Below, one piece after another: positions 41,927 to 51,977 of a stretch of 64,000 nucleotides of DNA. Under the pieces are notes generated by a model. The model did no database searches. It was not told where the DNA came from and saw nothing but the letters and a program-made list of their open reading frames with translations. The DNA is from an uncultured Chloroflexia bacterium. Its GTDB lineage: Bacteria > Chloroflexota > Anaerolineae > CG2-30-64-16. Each line of letters starts with the position of its first letter. Position 1 is the stretch's first letter. The stretch lies in the NCBI GenBank assembly GCA_963810095.1, contig CAWEMM010000013.1, forward strand, positions 32,001 to 96,000, read 5' to 3'. The position numbers were made by a program, and so were the translations under genes.

Positions 41927-43660
41927 CTATTGGACGACGATGAACGTCGTCCCGTTGCTGCCGCCGTCGACGTCGTGGTTCGATGCTGCCGCGTACGTGT
42001 AGCCCGTCTTAGCGAGGTTGGTCACCGTGAAGGTGACGCTCTTTACGGTCAACTTCAGGCTAGGCTTGCTGATCTGGCACGTGCCCGACAGTCCCGTCGT
42101 GCATGCGACGGTGCCTGAGGCTCCCGCGCTCCAATTCCCCGTCACGACGACGCCCGCGATGGGCGTGTCCTTCGCGTCGTGCGCCGTGATCGTTACGGTG
42201 GGGCTCCAGTTCTTCTTCGAGACGTTGGTCGCTCCATCCAGATCGCCCACGTGCGTGCTCAGCGCGGCGAGCGTAGTCGCAGCCGTGGGGCCGGCGTAAG
42301 CCGAACTGCCGCCGCTGTTGTAGGCCCGCACCCGGAAATAATAAGCTGTGCCCGGGGCGAGCCCGCTGCTGGAGACACTCGTCACATTTGCGCCGACGGC
42401 GGCGACCTGCGTCCAGCCCGTGCTTCCGTCAGCCGAACGCTCGACCTGGAAGCCGTCCTCGTCCATCGAGAGGTCGCTCCAAGTGAGATCAATCTGCGAC
42501 TGCGATGCGGCAACGGCAGCGAGATTTGCGGGCGCAGCGGGCGCGCTGACCGTCGCGGGGCTCAGGATCCCGAAAATGTTCGTGTTGTCGATCTGCGCTC
42601 CGGTGATCTGTTCGGCGCCCGCACCCTTGGCGAAGACCCGGACGGGCGTCGTGCTGTGTCCCGTCGTGGTCCAGGTGATCGACGGAACGACGCCAACGCC
42701 GTTGTTCACCACGTTGGTGATGCCACCCGTCTCATGGTCGCCGACAACCACGAACAGGGTGTTCGTCCAATCGGCCGCGGTCAGGGGATCGTTCACCCAG
42801 TCGACGGCCAGCTGCACGGCGTCCGAAAGCTCGGCCAACGACCGGACCATGTTCGTTGCGTCGTTCGCGTGGGCGTACTCGTCCACGCCCTCGTGCTCGA
42901 CCAGCAAATAGAAGCCGTCCGGATCGTTGTCGAGGATGTTAAGCGCCTCGGCGGTCATCTGCGGCAGGGTCGGGAGAGCTACGTCCCGGTTAGGGTAGCC
43001 GACCGGGGGGATCAGACCGCTGCCGAAGCCGCCGGCGACATAGGTCGTGGCCTCGGTGTTGAGCCCGAGCATGCCGCTCAGAGTGGTCACGACCGCGTAG
43101 CCGGCTCCAGAAGCGGTCGAGCCGCTGAAGCCGTTGCCGCCGCCGCCCAGGATGACGTTGGGTTTTGTTTGGTTTACGTAGTCCAGGAAAATGGCTGCGG
43201 AGTTGTTGCGGCTGGTCTCGTGCGCGCCGTGCGCCCCGGGTGTAGCGTCCGTCGTGTAGGACGTGGTCACCAACCCGGTGCTTTTGCCCCGGTCCCGGTG
43301 TGCTTCGAGCAGGGATCGCAGCACCGAGCCGTCGCCTGGCAGCCGTACGCTGATGACGCCGTTGTTAACCTTCACCCCCGTCGCCATCGCGGTCGCCGAC
43401 GCGGCCGAGTCCGTCAGGGTATTGCTCGCATTATTGTGGGTCATGGTCGTCTGGTTGGGGAAGGACTCGAACGACAGGCACGGCGTTGCGCCACAAACGT
43501 AGTAGCCGCCGGCTTCGACGTGCTTGCCCGCCATGCCGTCACCCTGGAACAGGATGACGTACTTGGCCGGCGTGGCGGCTTGTGCGGGTTCTGGGACGGT
43601 TGCTTGCATCAGTGGCAGGAAGACGAGGACGACGAGCAAGCGCGTGACGACATTGTGCAT
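41927..43660 (-). CDS. phoA: Secreted alkaline phosphatase with FN3 and a C-terminal beta-sandwich domain
   Basis: 'GDGM', 'TDSAASATA' (catalytic Ser), 'DEYAH', 'GDHETGG'; FN3 'YYFRVRAYN'. Confidence 0.88.
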   Translation of the reverse strand: MHNVVTRLLVVLVFLPLMQATVPEPAQAATPAKYVILFQGDGMAGKHVEAGGYYVCGATPCLSFESFPNQTTMTHNNASNTLTDSAASATAMATGVKVNNGVISVRLPGDGSVLRSLLEAHRDRGKSTGLVTTSYTTDATPGAHGAHETSRNNSAAIFLDYVNQTKPNVILGGGGNGFSGSTASGAGYAVVTTLSGMLGLNTEATTYVAGGFGSGLIPPVGYPNRDVALPTLPQMTAEALNILDNDPDGFYLLVEHEGVDEYAHANDATNMVRSLAELSDAVQLAVDWVNDPLTAADWTNTLFVVVGDHETGGITNVVNNGVGVVPSITWTTTGHSTTPVRVFAKGAGAEQITGAQIDNTNIFGILSPATVSAPAAPANLAAVAASQSQIDLTWSDLSMDEDGFQVERSADGSTGWTQVAAVGANVTSVSSSGLAPGTAYYFRVRAYNSGGSSAYAGPTAATTLAALSTHVGDLDGATNVSKKNWSPTVTITAHDAKDTPIAGVVVTGNWSAGASGTVACTTGLSGTCQISKPSLKLTVKSVTFTVTNLAKTGYTYAAASNHDVDGGSNGTTFIVVQ

Positions 43661-43999
43661 GGCTGTGGTCCTTTGGATAGCAGGCGGTGGATGCGGTCGG
43701 GCAACCGCGGCGAAGTTCGCCTAGCAGGTATTCTAGCCGATTATTGATTTCTCGCCAACTTCCCCAAGTCCCGGGGAGGGAGGCAGGCCAGCCGCCGTGG
43801 TTTGCGACCGCGACGCCCTCGCGGTGTGCGCCGGTGGGCGCCGCCCATAGGATGTTCGTATAGGTCGAATTCCATACCAACGGATGTGGCGCTCTGAAAC
43901 GCTCTGTGGTATCCTCCAACACGGCCCAACTATCAGCTGCGGCTGCACGCGAAACGCGGCCGCCTCACTCATCCTACACCTTGGGGGAGAACTGCACTC

Positions 44000-44452
44000 A
44001 TGTCGTCGAAGAAAAATCAGCAGAAGTCCGCGCACAAGGGCAACGCCTCCGCCCGGCAGGGGCAAGGCGCGGCCGCCCAGAAGGCCAATCCGCCCGTCGT
44101 GAAAAAGCAGCGGGGCGGGTGGCTCACCGCCATGATCATCATCATTGCGATTCACGGCGTCTTCAATACGATCGCGCTACTTTCGTTCCGCGATACGGGG
44201 AAGTGGGCGACCGTGCCGCCGTGGTTGTTGGCAGCCGCCTTGTTTGACGGGGTTGCGACCGTCCTCGCGGCAGTCGGGCTGTGGTACTGGAAGCGCTGGA
44301 GCCTGTACCTCTACCTGGCCGCGACGGCGGCGAGCATCGCAGTCGGCCTGTTCGTCTACCCGAGCATGATCGCGGTGTTCTACAACCTGGTTCCCGTGCT
44401 GATCCTGGTCTATATCCTGACCGGGCAGAAGAAAATGGCGCTGCTGGCCTAA
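44000..44452 (+). CDS. Hypothetical membrane protein
   Basis: Basic N-terminus and about four hydrophobic helices; RBS GGGGGAG. Confidence 0.7.
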   Translation: MSSKKNQQKSAHKGNASARQGQGAAAQKANPPVVKKQRGGWLTAMIIIIAIHGVFNTIALLSFRDTGKWATVPPWLLAAALFDGVATVLAAVGLWYWKRWSLYLYLAATAASIAVGLFVYPSMIAVFYNLVPVLILVYILTGQKKMALLA

Positions 44453-44486
44453 GCGCACTCCCGCGGCAAACCGAATCACCACCCCC

Positions 44487-44517
44487 GGGGCCGGCCTTCG
44501 CAATGAGGGCCGGCCTC
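44487..44517 (+). terminator. Hairpin terminator
   Basis: GGGGCCGGCCTTC-gcaat-GAGGGCCGGCCTC followed by a T-rich tail. Confidence 0.55.
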
Positions 44518-44594
44518 TTGGTTTCCCGTCTCCATCCGTGGCGGCAGGGACCGCACTTTGTGCGGCTCGGGGGCATGTGTGATATAAGTTATGC

Positions 44595-47304
44595 ATGCCT
44601 CGCACTCTTTTCGCTCCCATCGTACTGTTCGCCTTGATCCTGTCGGCCGCGGCATTCGGCGCGGTTGGTGTGCCGCTGCGCGTCGAGCCGGCCGCGCCGG
44701 CCCCTCCCGACCGCGCCGCCGAGTCCGGCGCGGGTCACGGCCCCGGGCGGGGCGCCCGGCGTCTACAGCGTCGACTATCTGTACCCGTCGACCCAGCTCG
44801 ACCCCGCCGTCTACCCCGTCGATGGGCAGCTTGGGTTCTTTGTGTGGCGCGACCTGAACCCCGCGCAGGGCAGGTACGACTGGGAGCCGGGCATGCCGGG
44901 TATGCTCCCTGACTGGATCATGAAGCAGGCCGACGCTGGGCTGCGGGCGGCGATCATGGTTTCGACGTACGACGGGAGCGATGCGAACGACATCCGCTCC
45001 ACGCCCAACTGGGTCATCAAGCTGCCCGACGCGGTCCTGCCCGTCACGCTGACCAACGGCTTGCCGCACTACATCGACTATTACCACCGCCGTTCCAGCC
45101 GGGGCCTTAACGGCGAGTTTGACCTGGATGCGAAATACTGGACGATCAGTGACACCACCGCGATCACGCTGACCAAGTCCGCGCCTCACGACGATCACGT
45201 GTCTGAAACGGCCACCCGGCCCGACCGGCCTGCCAGCGGCCCGGCATTGAGGCTCGGCGGCGCAAACAACGTCGACGCGCTGATCACGCACGACCCCGAG
45301 CAGGTGCCCGCGATGCCGGCCAGCCTGGCCGGGCAGACCAACGCATACGTCACCGCGCGCGTCAACATCGTCACGACCGACCCCAATCCGAACGACCACC
45401 TCTACCTGGAAGTAATGGACGCGGACGGGAACCGGCTGGGCAACGGTGCGCAGGTCGACGTCGCCAACACCGCGCACGCAGGCCGGGCCGCTTCCTACTG
45501 GCAGGAGTATCAGCTGGATATCACGCCATTCGCCCTGGAGAAGAATATCAGGGTGGCGTTCCGGGTGGCGACCGACGCGGCAAACCCCACAACCTTTTAC
45601 GTGGACAACGTCCAGCTGCGCGTGCGTCACCTGATCCCCAAGTACTGGTCCGACTCGTACAAGCAGGCCTATAAACAGTTCATCACGGCGCTTGGTGCGC
45701 GCTACCGCGCCACCCCGGCGGGCGCCGATCCGCGCTTCGACCTCGCCTACGTGGCGATTGGCACGGGCGTCTACGGCGAAAGCCAGCCCACCCAGGACAA
45801 CCCCGAGTGGGAGTACGGCACGACGTTCGACCACGTGGTCAAGAACGCGGGGCTTGACACGACCCAGAAGTGGCAGGCTTGGGTGAACGAGATTACCGCC
45901 GCGTATGCAACAGCCTTCGCAAGCGCGGCCGGCAGTCCACCCGTCAAGCCCCTGCTCCTCCAATTCGCGCCGACCTTCATCGATCCGGAAGAGAAGGGCT
46001 ACACGACCGACTACGCGGCCGGGCTGGGCGTCGGCCTGTCCTACAACCGGCTGATCCCCGAATGGGTGAACCTGTTCCGCAACAACCGGGCCGGCGGGTA
46101 TGACCCGATGCGTTTGTACTGGGGCAAGGTGCCGACAGCCTACGAGGGCGACAACTGGGATCTTGGCTGCTCGCCCGTGCTGACGTACTGGGCTGTGTGG
46201 GGTGCGGTGGCGCGGCACGTCGACTACCTGCGCGTCGCGCCCGATCTGCTCCAGGATGCTGCCGGCCGGCCCACCGTGCATAACGCGCCGTTCGCGTGGG
46301 CGCGACCCTACATCGGCAAGACGGTCCAGAGCGCGCCGCGCGTCTGGACGATTCTGCGCGAGCACCGCAACCCGGCCATGCAGCGCTGCGGTTACCTGAA
46401 CTACGACACGGACCAGTGGGGCTCGACCTACCCCGAGTACGGCAATTTCAATTACTGGCTGGCGCAGGACGACACGATCGCCGGCGGCCGCACTGTAGCC
46501 GAGACGAACGACAAGGGCGCCGACCGGCGCTACGCCAAGGACCCGGCGACGGGCAATGCCAACACCTACGCGGGCCTCGGCAACTGCCCCCCCAAGGCCT
46601 ACGGTGCGATCTACAACTCGAACCCGCCGGTCTGCAATCCTGAGCCCTACAACCCAAACCTGCCCGCGCTCAAGGGCCAGGACCCGGCAAACTACAAGGA
46701 CTACTACAATCCGAACGACTGGACGGGCGAGGGCAAGGAAGCCTACGTCGTGCGCCGGACCGACCAGGCCGGGGCGAACCCGTTTATGTTCTTCCGCATC
46801 GACGACGGCTACATTGGCGCGGGCCGGCCGAGCCGGAGCGTGAAGTTCACGATTGGCTACTTCGATATCGGCATGGACCGGTGGTCGCTTAGGTACCACT
46901 CGACGGCGGGGGAGAAGGTTGCGGGGACGGTCACGAAGGGTGGCACGAAGGCGTACAAGGAGATCAGCTTCACGGTGAACGATGCCGCGCTGGCGAACGG
47001 GCTGACGGGGGGCGCGGACTTCTCCCTGGACAGCCGGGCGCCCGACGGGACCGCCGACGGGGACGAGTGGGTCCACCAGGTCACCGTCGAGCGGCTGGAC
47101 GCGCCCGTAGGTGGCACCGAGACGCCGACCCCCAGCCCCACGCCGACCCAGACCCTGTCGCCCACTGGGCTGCCGTCTGAGACGCCGACCGCAACCGCAA
47201 CGGTTACGCCGGCGGCAACGGTCACGGCGACAGCCACGGTCAGGCCGGACCCAATCGCCACGCCAGAGGGAGTGCGGCTGTTTCTGCCGGTGATCAGGCA
47301 CTAA
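44595..47304 (+). CDS. Large secreted protein, possibly a glycoside-hydrolase-like barrel with inserted carbohydrate-binding-like domains; frameshift near 44720-44750
   Basis: Signal peptide in ORF 44595; 'WRDLNPAQGRYDW', 'TPNWV', 'IPKYW', 'GVYGE'; P/T-rich linker and 'LFLPVIRH' tail. Confidence 0.6.
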
Positions 47305-47418
47305 TGAGTGCAGTGAACAAGGCCGGTAGCAGACAGGGTTGGTTCTACCCGGAGTTCTAGCTTCCGGCGCTTGCCGAGCTTCGCTCAGGGTCGAAACCCC
47401 GAATGTGGCGGGCTACTT

Positions 47419-47670
47419 TCAACCTTCGTTCGGTTTGTCGGGGCCGTCGGCTTTCAGCGGGGCCAGGTCTTTCGCCAGGATCTCACGGCCGCACTGGGGG
47501 CAGGCGGCAATCGGTTCCTTCCCAGGCACCGGGTCCATGCCGCTGCGCTCTTGGGCGGGGAAGAAGAGGTTGTCGTCGCCGACGAAGATGGCGCGGCCGC
47601 AGCGGTGGGTCTTGAGCACGAGGCCGTAAGCCTTCATGCGCTGGGCCTGGCGTTTCCTGCGAGTTGTCAT
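47419..47670 (-). CDS. Small hypothetical protein with a possible Zn-ribbon
   Basis: 'HRCG' ... 'CPQCG'; GC3-rich codon usage. Confidence 0.45.
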   Translation of the reverse strand: MTTRRKRQAQRMKAYGLVLKTHRCGRAIFVGDDNLFFPAQERSGMDPVPGKEPIAACPQCGREILAKDLAPLKADGPDKPNEG

Positions 47671-47738
47671 AATAGTTCCTGGTTTCTCTCAACCGTGGCA
47701 CGAGCTGCGTGAGCGCATCCGAGCATGAATCCAAACGG

Positions 47739-47753
47739 GCGGGGATGCATGAG
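47739..47753 (-). repeat. 15-bp direct copy of the tRNA-Sec 3' end (att-like)
   Basis: GCGGGGATGCATGAG identical at 47739-47753 and 47896-47910. Confidence 0.7.
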
Positions 47754-47896
47754 CGTGCGCCGAGCGAGCGGGTACCTGATTGTGCCGCGCTGCAGCCACA
47801 CACTCGTTTTAGGGTTTCTTATGCTCCCTTTCCTGTAAAGGAGAGCAAGACACCACTAGCTGTAGTGGGCTACCAGGTGCCGTTGCTACTAGATAG

Positions 47897-47990
47897 CGGG
47901 GATGCATGAGAGTCGAACTCACCTGTGCCGGGCCTACCGCCACACACCGGTTTTGAAGACCGGGGCCGTCACCGGACGACAAGCACCCCC
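47897..47990 (-). tRNA. selC: tRNA-Sec (anticodon UCA)
   Basis: Minus strand: 8-bp acceptor stem GGGGGTGC/GCATCCCC, discriminator G, anticodon arm CCGGT-CTTCAAA-ACCGG, long variable arm, T-loop TTCGACT; CCA not encoded. Confidence 0.92.
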
Positions 47991-47997
47991 ACCGGCT

Positions 47998-48026
47998 ATG
48001 TTACACGCGATGCCCCCCGCCCGCAA
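47998..48026 (-). promoter_or_regulatory. Promoter for selC
   Basis: Minus strand TTGCGG-N17-TAACAT, 7 nt before the tRNA 5' end. Confidence 0.6.
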
Positions 48027-48219
48027 AACCGTCCCCCCGTTTCACCACCTCCCACCCAAACAACATGACCTTTTGGGGGATTGACTAGGACAGAATTTGT
48101 GATAGTCTGTTCGATGAAACCAGCACTGCAAACGGCGCTCCGCCGCGCCGCGCCAGACAGACCTGTCCGTGGTGACAGCAAGGCAGAATGTCACCTCTCT
48201 CCCACCGCCTGGAGGAACT

Positions 48220-51200
48220 ATGAGGAAACAAGGTCGTCAGTATGTCGTCTCGATCCTGGTCACCGCTCTCCTGCTTCTGGCCGCCGTCATTCCTGCGGCC
48301 GCCCAAACGGCAGAGCCGAAGTTGCCGTCCCACCTGCAGATCGTCCAGGGCGCCGACACAGAAACCTGGAGCCAAACCCCAGGCAGCCAGGCCACAGGCC
48401 GCGTGCAGATCGTCATGCACGTCGACCGGTCGCCGTTGGCCGTGGTCGGCAAGTTCTGGAGCCACGAGCAGCGCCGCCAGTACGTCCAGGAGACGATGGC
48501 GCTCCAGGACACCCTCATCCCGCAAGTTGAAGCCTTAGGCGGCCAGGTCGTCGGCCGCTTCCTCGAGGCCTCCTCGGGCCTCGCGGTCACCATCGACGCG
48601 GACCAAGTGCAAAACCTGCGCGGCCTGAACCACGTGGCCGGCGTGCGCGGGATCGGCAACTACCAACTGGACCTGACCGAAACGGTCCCGTGGATCGGCG
48701 CCGCTGCGGTGCAAGCCGCGGGCACGACGGGCACGCACCACTGGACGTCCAACGGCCTCGACGTGGCCGTGATCGACTCGGGCATCGACTTCACTCACTC
48801 GAAATTCGGCGGCCCCGGCACAGCCGAGGCTTACGCGCAAGCCTACTGCGGCGATCCCACGAAGACGCCCGCACGCGGCTGCGGCCCGGCCTACACGCTC
48901 GCGCCCGACCCCGCCCTCTTCGGCCCCGGCCACAAGGTCGTCGGCGGTTATGACTGGGTGGGCGAGAACTGGCCGACCTACTCGGCCGGCATCCAGCCCG
49001 ATTCCAACCCGATCGCGCTCAAGGGCTCGGGCAACCACGGCACGCATGTGGCCGACATCATCGGCGGCCTGGAATCCGCGCCGGGCGCGGCCGACCAGGG
49101 CGTGGCGCCGGGCGTGAACCTGTGGGCGTTCAAGGCCTGCAGCGCAATCTCGACCTCGTGCAACGGCTTGGCCATGCTGCTCGCCATCGACGATGCGCTC
49201 GACCTGGACAACTCGGACCAGGGCGCGTGTACGCCGGGTGTGGACGCGAACTGCACGACCTTCGACCCGGCCGACGTGATTAACATGTCCATCGGCTCGC
49301 CCTACGGCCAGCCCGAGGACGACGCGACCCACTTCGCCAACATCGCCTCCTACTACGGCACCGTGGTGGTGGCCTCGGCGGGCAACAGCGGCGACCGGCC
49401 CTATATCCTCGGCTCGCCTTCCGCAGGCGCAGGCGTGATCAGCGCGGCCGAGAGCACCGTCCCGTCGGCCAAGCTGGAGAAGGTGACTGCCGGCTCGGTG
49501 ACCGCGGGCGGGCTGTGGCAGGCGTGGTCGCCGGCCATCAGCGGACCCATCAGCGGCGACCTCCAGTACGGCGACGGCGCGGGCGGCAACACGCTCGGCT
49601 GCTCGGCCTTCCCGGCCGGCTCGCTGGCCGGCAAGGTGGTGCTGCTCGATCGCGGCACGTGTGCCATCAGCATCAAGGGGGCGAACGCCAGCGCGGCCGG
49701 CGCAGTCCTCGTCCTGGTCGCCAACAATGCCTTCTCGAATACCCCGCCCAACTTCTCCTACGGCGGCGGCACCATTACAGCGCCGGTGCTGAGCATCACG
49801 CAGACCGACGGCGTCAACCTCAAGACGGTCCTCGGGCAGGCTGCCGCCGTCGATCCGGCCAGCCCCATCCTGTTGCCCGACGACATCGTCGCGACCTCGT
49901 CGCGCGGCCCGCGCACAGCCGACGGCTCGATCAAGCCGGACATCTCCGCCCCCGGCGCGAGCGTCTCGGCCGAGGCGGGCACGGGCACGGGCAAGACGGC
50001 GTTCGGCGGCACTTCAGGTGCGGCCCCGATGGTCGCGGGCGCGGCGGCGCTGGTCGTGCAGAACCTCGAACAGCGGGGCATCCTCAACGATGCGAACCCC
50101 GGCGTGGTCCGGCCCGGCATCTCGATGACGCCGCTGGTCAAGGCCATGCTGCAGAACACTGCGAACCCGAACACATACATCGGCGGCAGCGCAGCGAACG
50201 GCGGCAAGGGCTTCCTGGCCCCGATTACGCTGCAAGGTGCGGGACGGGTCGACTCGCTGGCTGCGTACAACACCGGCGCGGTGGCGCTCGATGTGACGGA
50301 CCTGGCGAACTGGCTGGAGCAGCGCAAGACAGGCGTCTACGACGTACCCTGCACCGTCTCGGCCTCCCCGCTGCACAGCGAGACCGCGCTGCTGCTCGGC
50401 GTCACCCTGCCCGAGTGGTTCGATCCCAGCGCCTTCGGCTGCCTGAGCGCCTACCCGTTCGGCAACGACTTCTTCAATGCCTGGAACACGATCGCCGGCA
50501 GCCTCTCGTTTGGCTATGACGGCGTGTCGGCGAACTACTCGGAGACACGCAAGGTGCTGGTGGTCAACCTGACCGACCAAGCCCAGACCTACAACTTCAC
50601 CCCATCCTTCCGCTACGTGGACGACGAAGGGAAGGGCGTCACGCTGAGCATCTCGCCGTCGACGCTGACCGTACCGCCGAAGACGCTGCTCAACCCGGAC
50701 GTCGATAACCTGGTGGTGAATGTGACGCTGACGGTCGATCCTGAAGGGCTGCGGCCGTGGACGCTGGACGCGGGCACATTCGGTGCGTCGGGCACGGATA
50801 TCTACTGCGACACAAGCGCGCCGGGCGCGATCAACCCGAAGACCGGCTGCCCGACCCTCACCATGTTCGAGTACGACGGCTACGTGACCATCGGCAACGG
50901 GCAGGGCGGCGCGATCCGCATGCCGTGGCAGATCCTGCCGAAGAAGGCGGGCGACACGGCCGTGCTGAGCAAGGTCGGCCGCGTGATCACTCTGCAGAAC
51001 ACCTCGCCTTCGGTGAATACCCGGGCGGACGCGTTTGCGCTGGTAGAGCAAAGCCCGAACAACTGCGAGATCGTCGACGGAAACAACAACTGCCTCGATG
51101 CGAACTACGTGCCCGGCATCCTGCCCGGCATCAACACGACCGCGATCGACATGAAGGATGTGGGCGTGCGCGGATACACGGTGCCCGACATCAGCAAGTG

Positions 51201-51813
51201 GCTGAAGTTCGCGGCCAACGTCCCACCGAACGACGACGTGATCGACTTCGGCGTCACGGTGTACGACAAACCGTTCCGTGCGTCGCACAACTACCCGGTC
51301 GAGTTCGACGTGTACATCGACAGTAACGCGGACGGCACGTGGGACTACGTGGCTTTCAACGCCGACCTGACGCTCAACGCGGCGGACGGCCGCAATGCGG
51401 TGTTCGTGGCCGACGTAAACAGCGCGAACGGCGTAAGGCCGACCCGACCGTACTTCTTCGCGAACACGAACTTCAACTCGCAGAACTGGATCCTGCCGGT
51501 GCCCGCGGGCGCGGTGGACATCACGCCGACGACGAAGTTCAAGTTCCAGGTGCTCGCGTTTGACGCCTACTTCACCGGCAATCTGTGGGACTGCTCGCCG
51601 AACGACTGCACGTCGGCGCACACCTACACGGTGCGCTGGCCCAAGTACCGGCCCGGGCAGTACTTCTTCTCCGTGCCGTCGGCCTCGACCAAGCCCGTGC
51701 CCTTCCTGACCCCGATCCAGGGCCAGCTGGCCTCGCCGTCGCAGATCGGCCTGCTGTTCATGTACCGCGACGCGCCGGTGGAGAAGGAATCCGACTCGGT
51801 GCTGCTGCCGTAA
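48220..51813 (+). CDS. Secreted S8 (subtilisin, Vpr-like) serine protease with a PA domain
   Basis: Signal peptide; catalytic triad 'VAVIDSG', 'HGTHVA', 'GTSGAAP'; PA domain 'LLDRGTC..KGANA..AGA'; RBS GGAGG. Confidence 0.93.
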   Translation: MRKQGRQYVVSILVTALLLLAAVIPAAAQTAEPKLPSHLQIVQGADTETWSQTPGSQATGRVQIVMHVDRSPLAVVGKFWSHEQRRQYVQETMALQDTLIPQVEALGGQVVGRFLEASSGLAVTIDADQVQNLRGLNHVAGVRGIGNYQLDLTETVPWIGAAAVQAAGTTGTHHWTSNGLDVAVIDSGIDFTHSKFGGPGTAEAYAQAYCGDPTKTPARGCGPAYTLAPDPALFGPGHKVVGGYDWVGENWPTYSAGIQPDSNPIALKGSGNHGTHVADIIGGLESAPGAADQGVAPGVNLWAFKACSAISTSCNGLAMLLAIDDALDLDNSDQGACTPGVDANCTTFDPADVINMSIGSPYGQPEDDATHFANIASYYGTVVVASAGNSGDRPYILGSPSAGAGVISAAESTVPSAKLEKVTAGSVTAGGLWQAWSPAISGPISGDLQYGDGAGGNTLGCSAFPAGSLAGKVVLLDRGTCAISIKGANASAAGAVLVLVANNAFSNTPPNFSYGGGTITAPVLSITQTDGVNLKTVLGQAAAVDPASPILLPDDIVATSSRGPRTADGSIKPDISAPGASVSAEAGTGTGKTAFGGTSGAAPMVAGAAALVVQNLEQRGILNDANPGVVRPGISMTPLVKAMLQNTANPNTYIGGSAANGGKGFLAPITLQGAGRVDSLAAYNTGAVALDVTDLANWLEQRKTGVYDVPCTVSASPLHSETALLLGVTLPEWFDPSAFGCLSAYPFGNDFFNAWNTIAGSLSFGYDGVSANYSETRKVLVVNLTDQAQTYNFTPSFRYVDDEGKGVTLSISPSTLTVPPKTLLNPDVDNLVVNVTLTVDPEGLRPWTLDAGTFGASGTDIYCDTSAPGAINPKTGCPTLTMFEYDGYVTIGNGQGGAIRMPWQILPKKAGDTAVLSKVGRVITLQNTSPSVNTRADAFALVEQSPNNCEIVDGNNNCLDANYVPGILPGINTTAIDMKDVGVRGYTVPDISKWLKFAANVPPNDDVIDFGVTVYDKPFRASHNYPVEFDVYIDSNADGTWDYVAFNADLTLNAADGRNAVFVADVNSANGVRPTRPYFFANTNFNSQNWILPVPAGAVDITPTTKFKFQVLAFDAYFTGNLWDCSPNDCTSAHTYTVRWPKYRPGQYFFSVPSASTKPVPFLTPIQGQLASPSQIGLLFMYRDAPVEKESDSVLLP

Positions 51814-51824
51814 CGCGACAGGAC

Positions 51825-51896
51825 CCGCCACGAATTACCCGAATTGAACGAGTCTATGCACGCTCCAATTTGGGTAATTCGTGCAATTCGTGGCGG
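51825..51896. repeat. 9-nt-periodic palindromic element, family B, copy 2
   Basis: CCGCCACGAATTACCCGAATTG...CAATTTGGGTAATTCGTGCAATTCGTGGCGG. Confidence 0.75.
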
Positions 51897-51977
51897 CCTC
51901 GTCAGCCATGACCCGAGGCAGAGACGGCTCTCCTTCCGCTGTCTCTGCCTCCTGCTTTAGAGGAAGGTTCCTCATCC

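Noticed and set aside
44476-47301. 941-aa minus-strand ORF (likewise 50014..51831 and 59229..60842)
   Set aside because: Antisense shadows of well-supported + strand genes.
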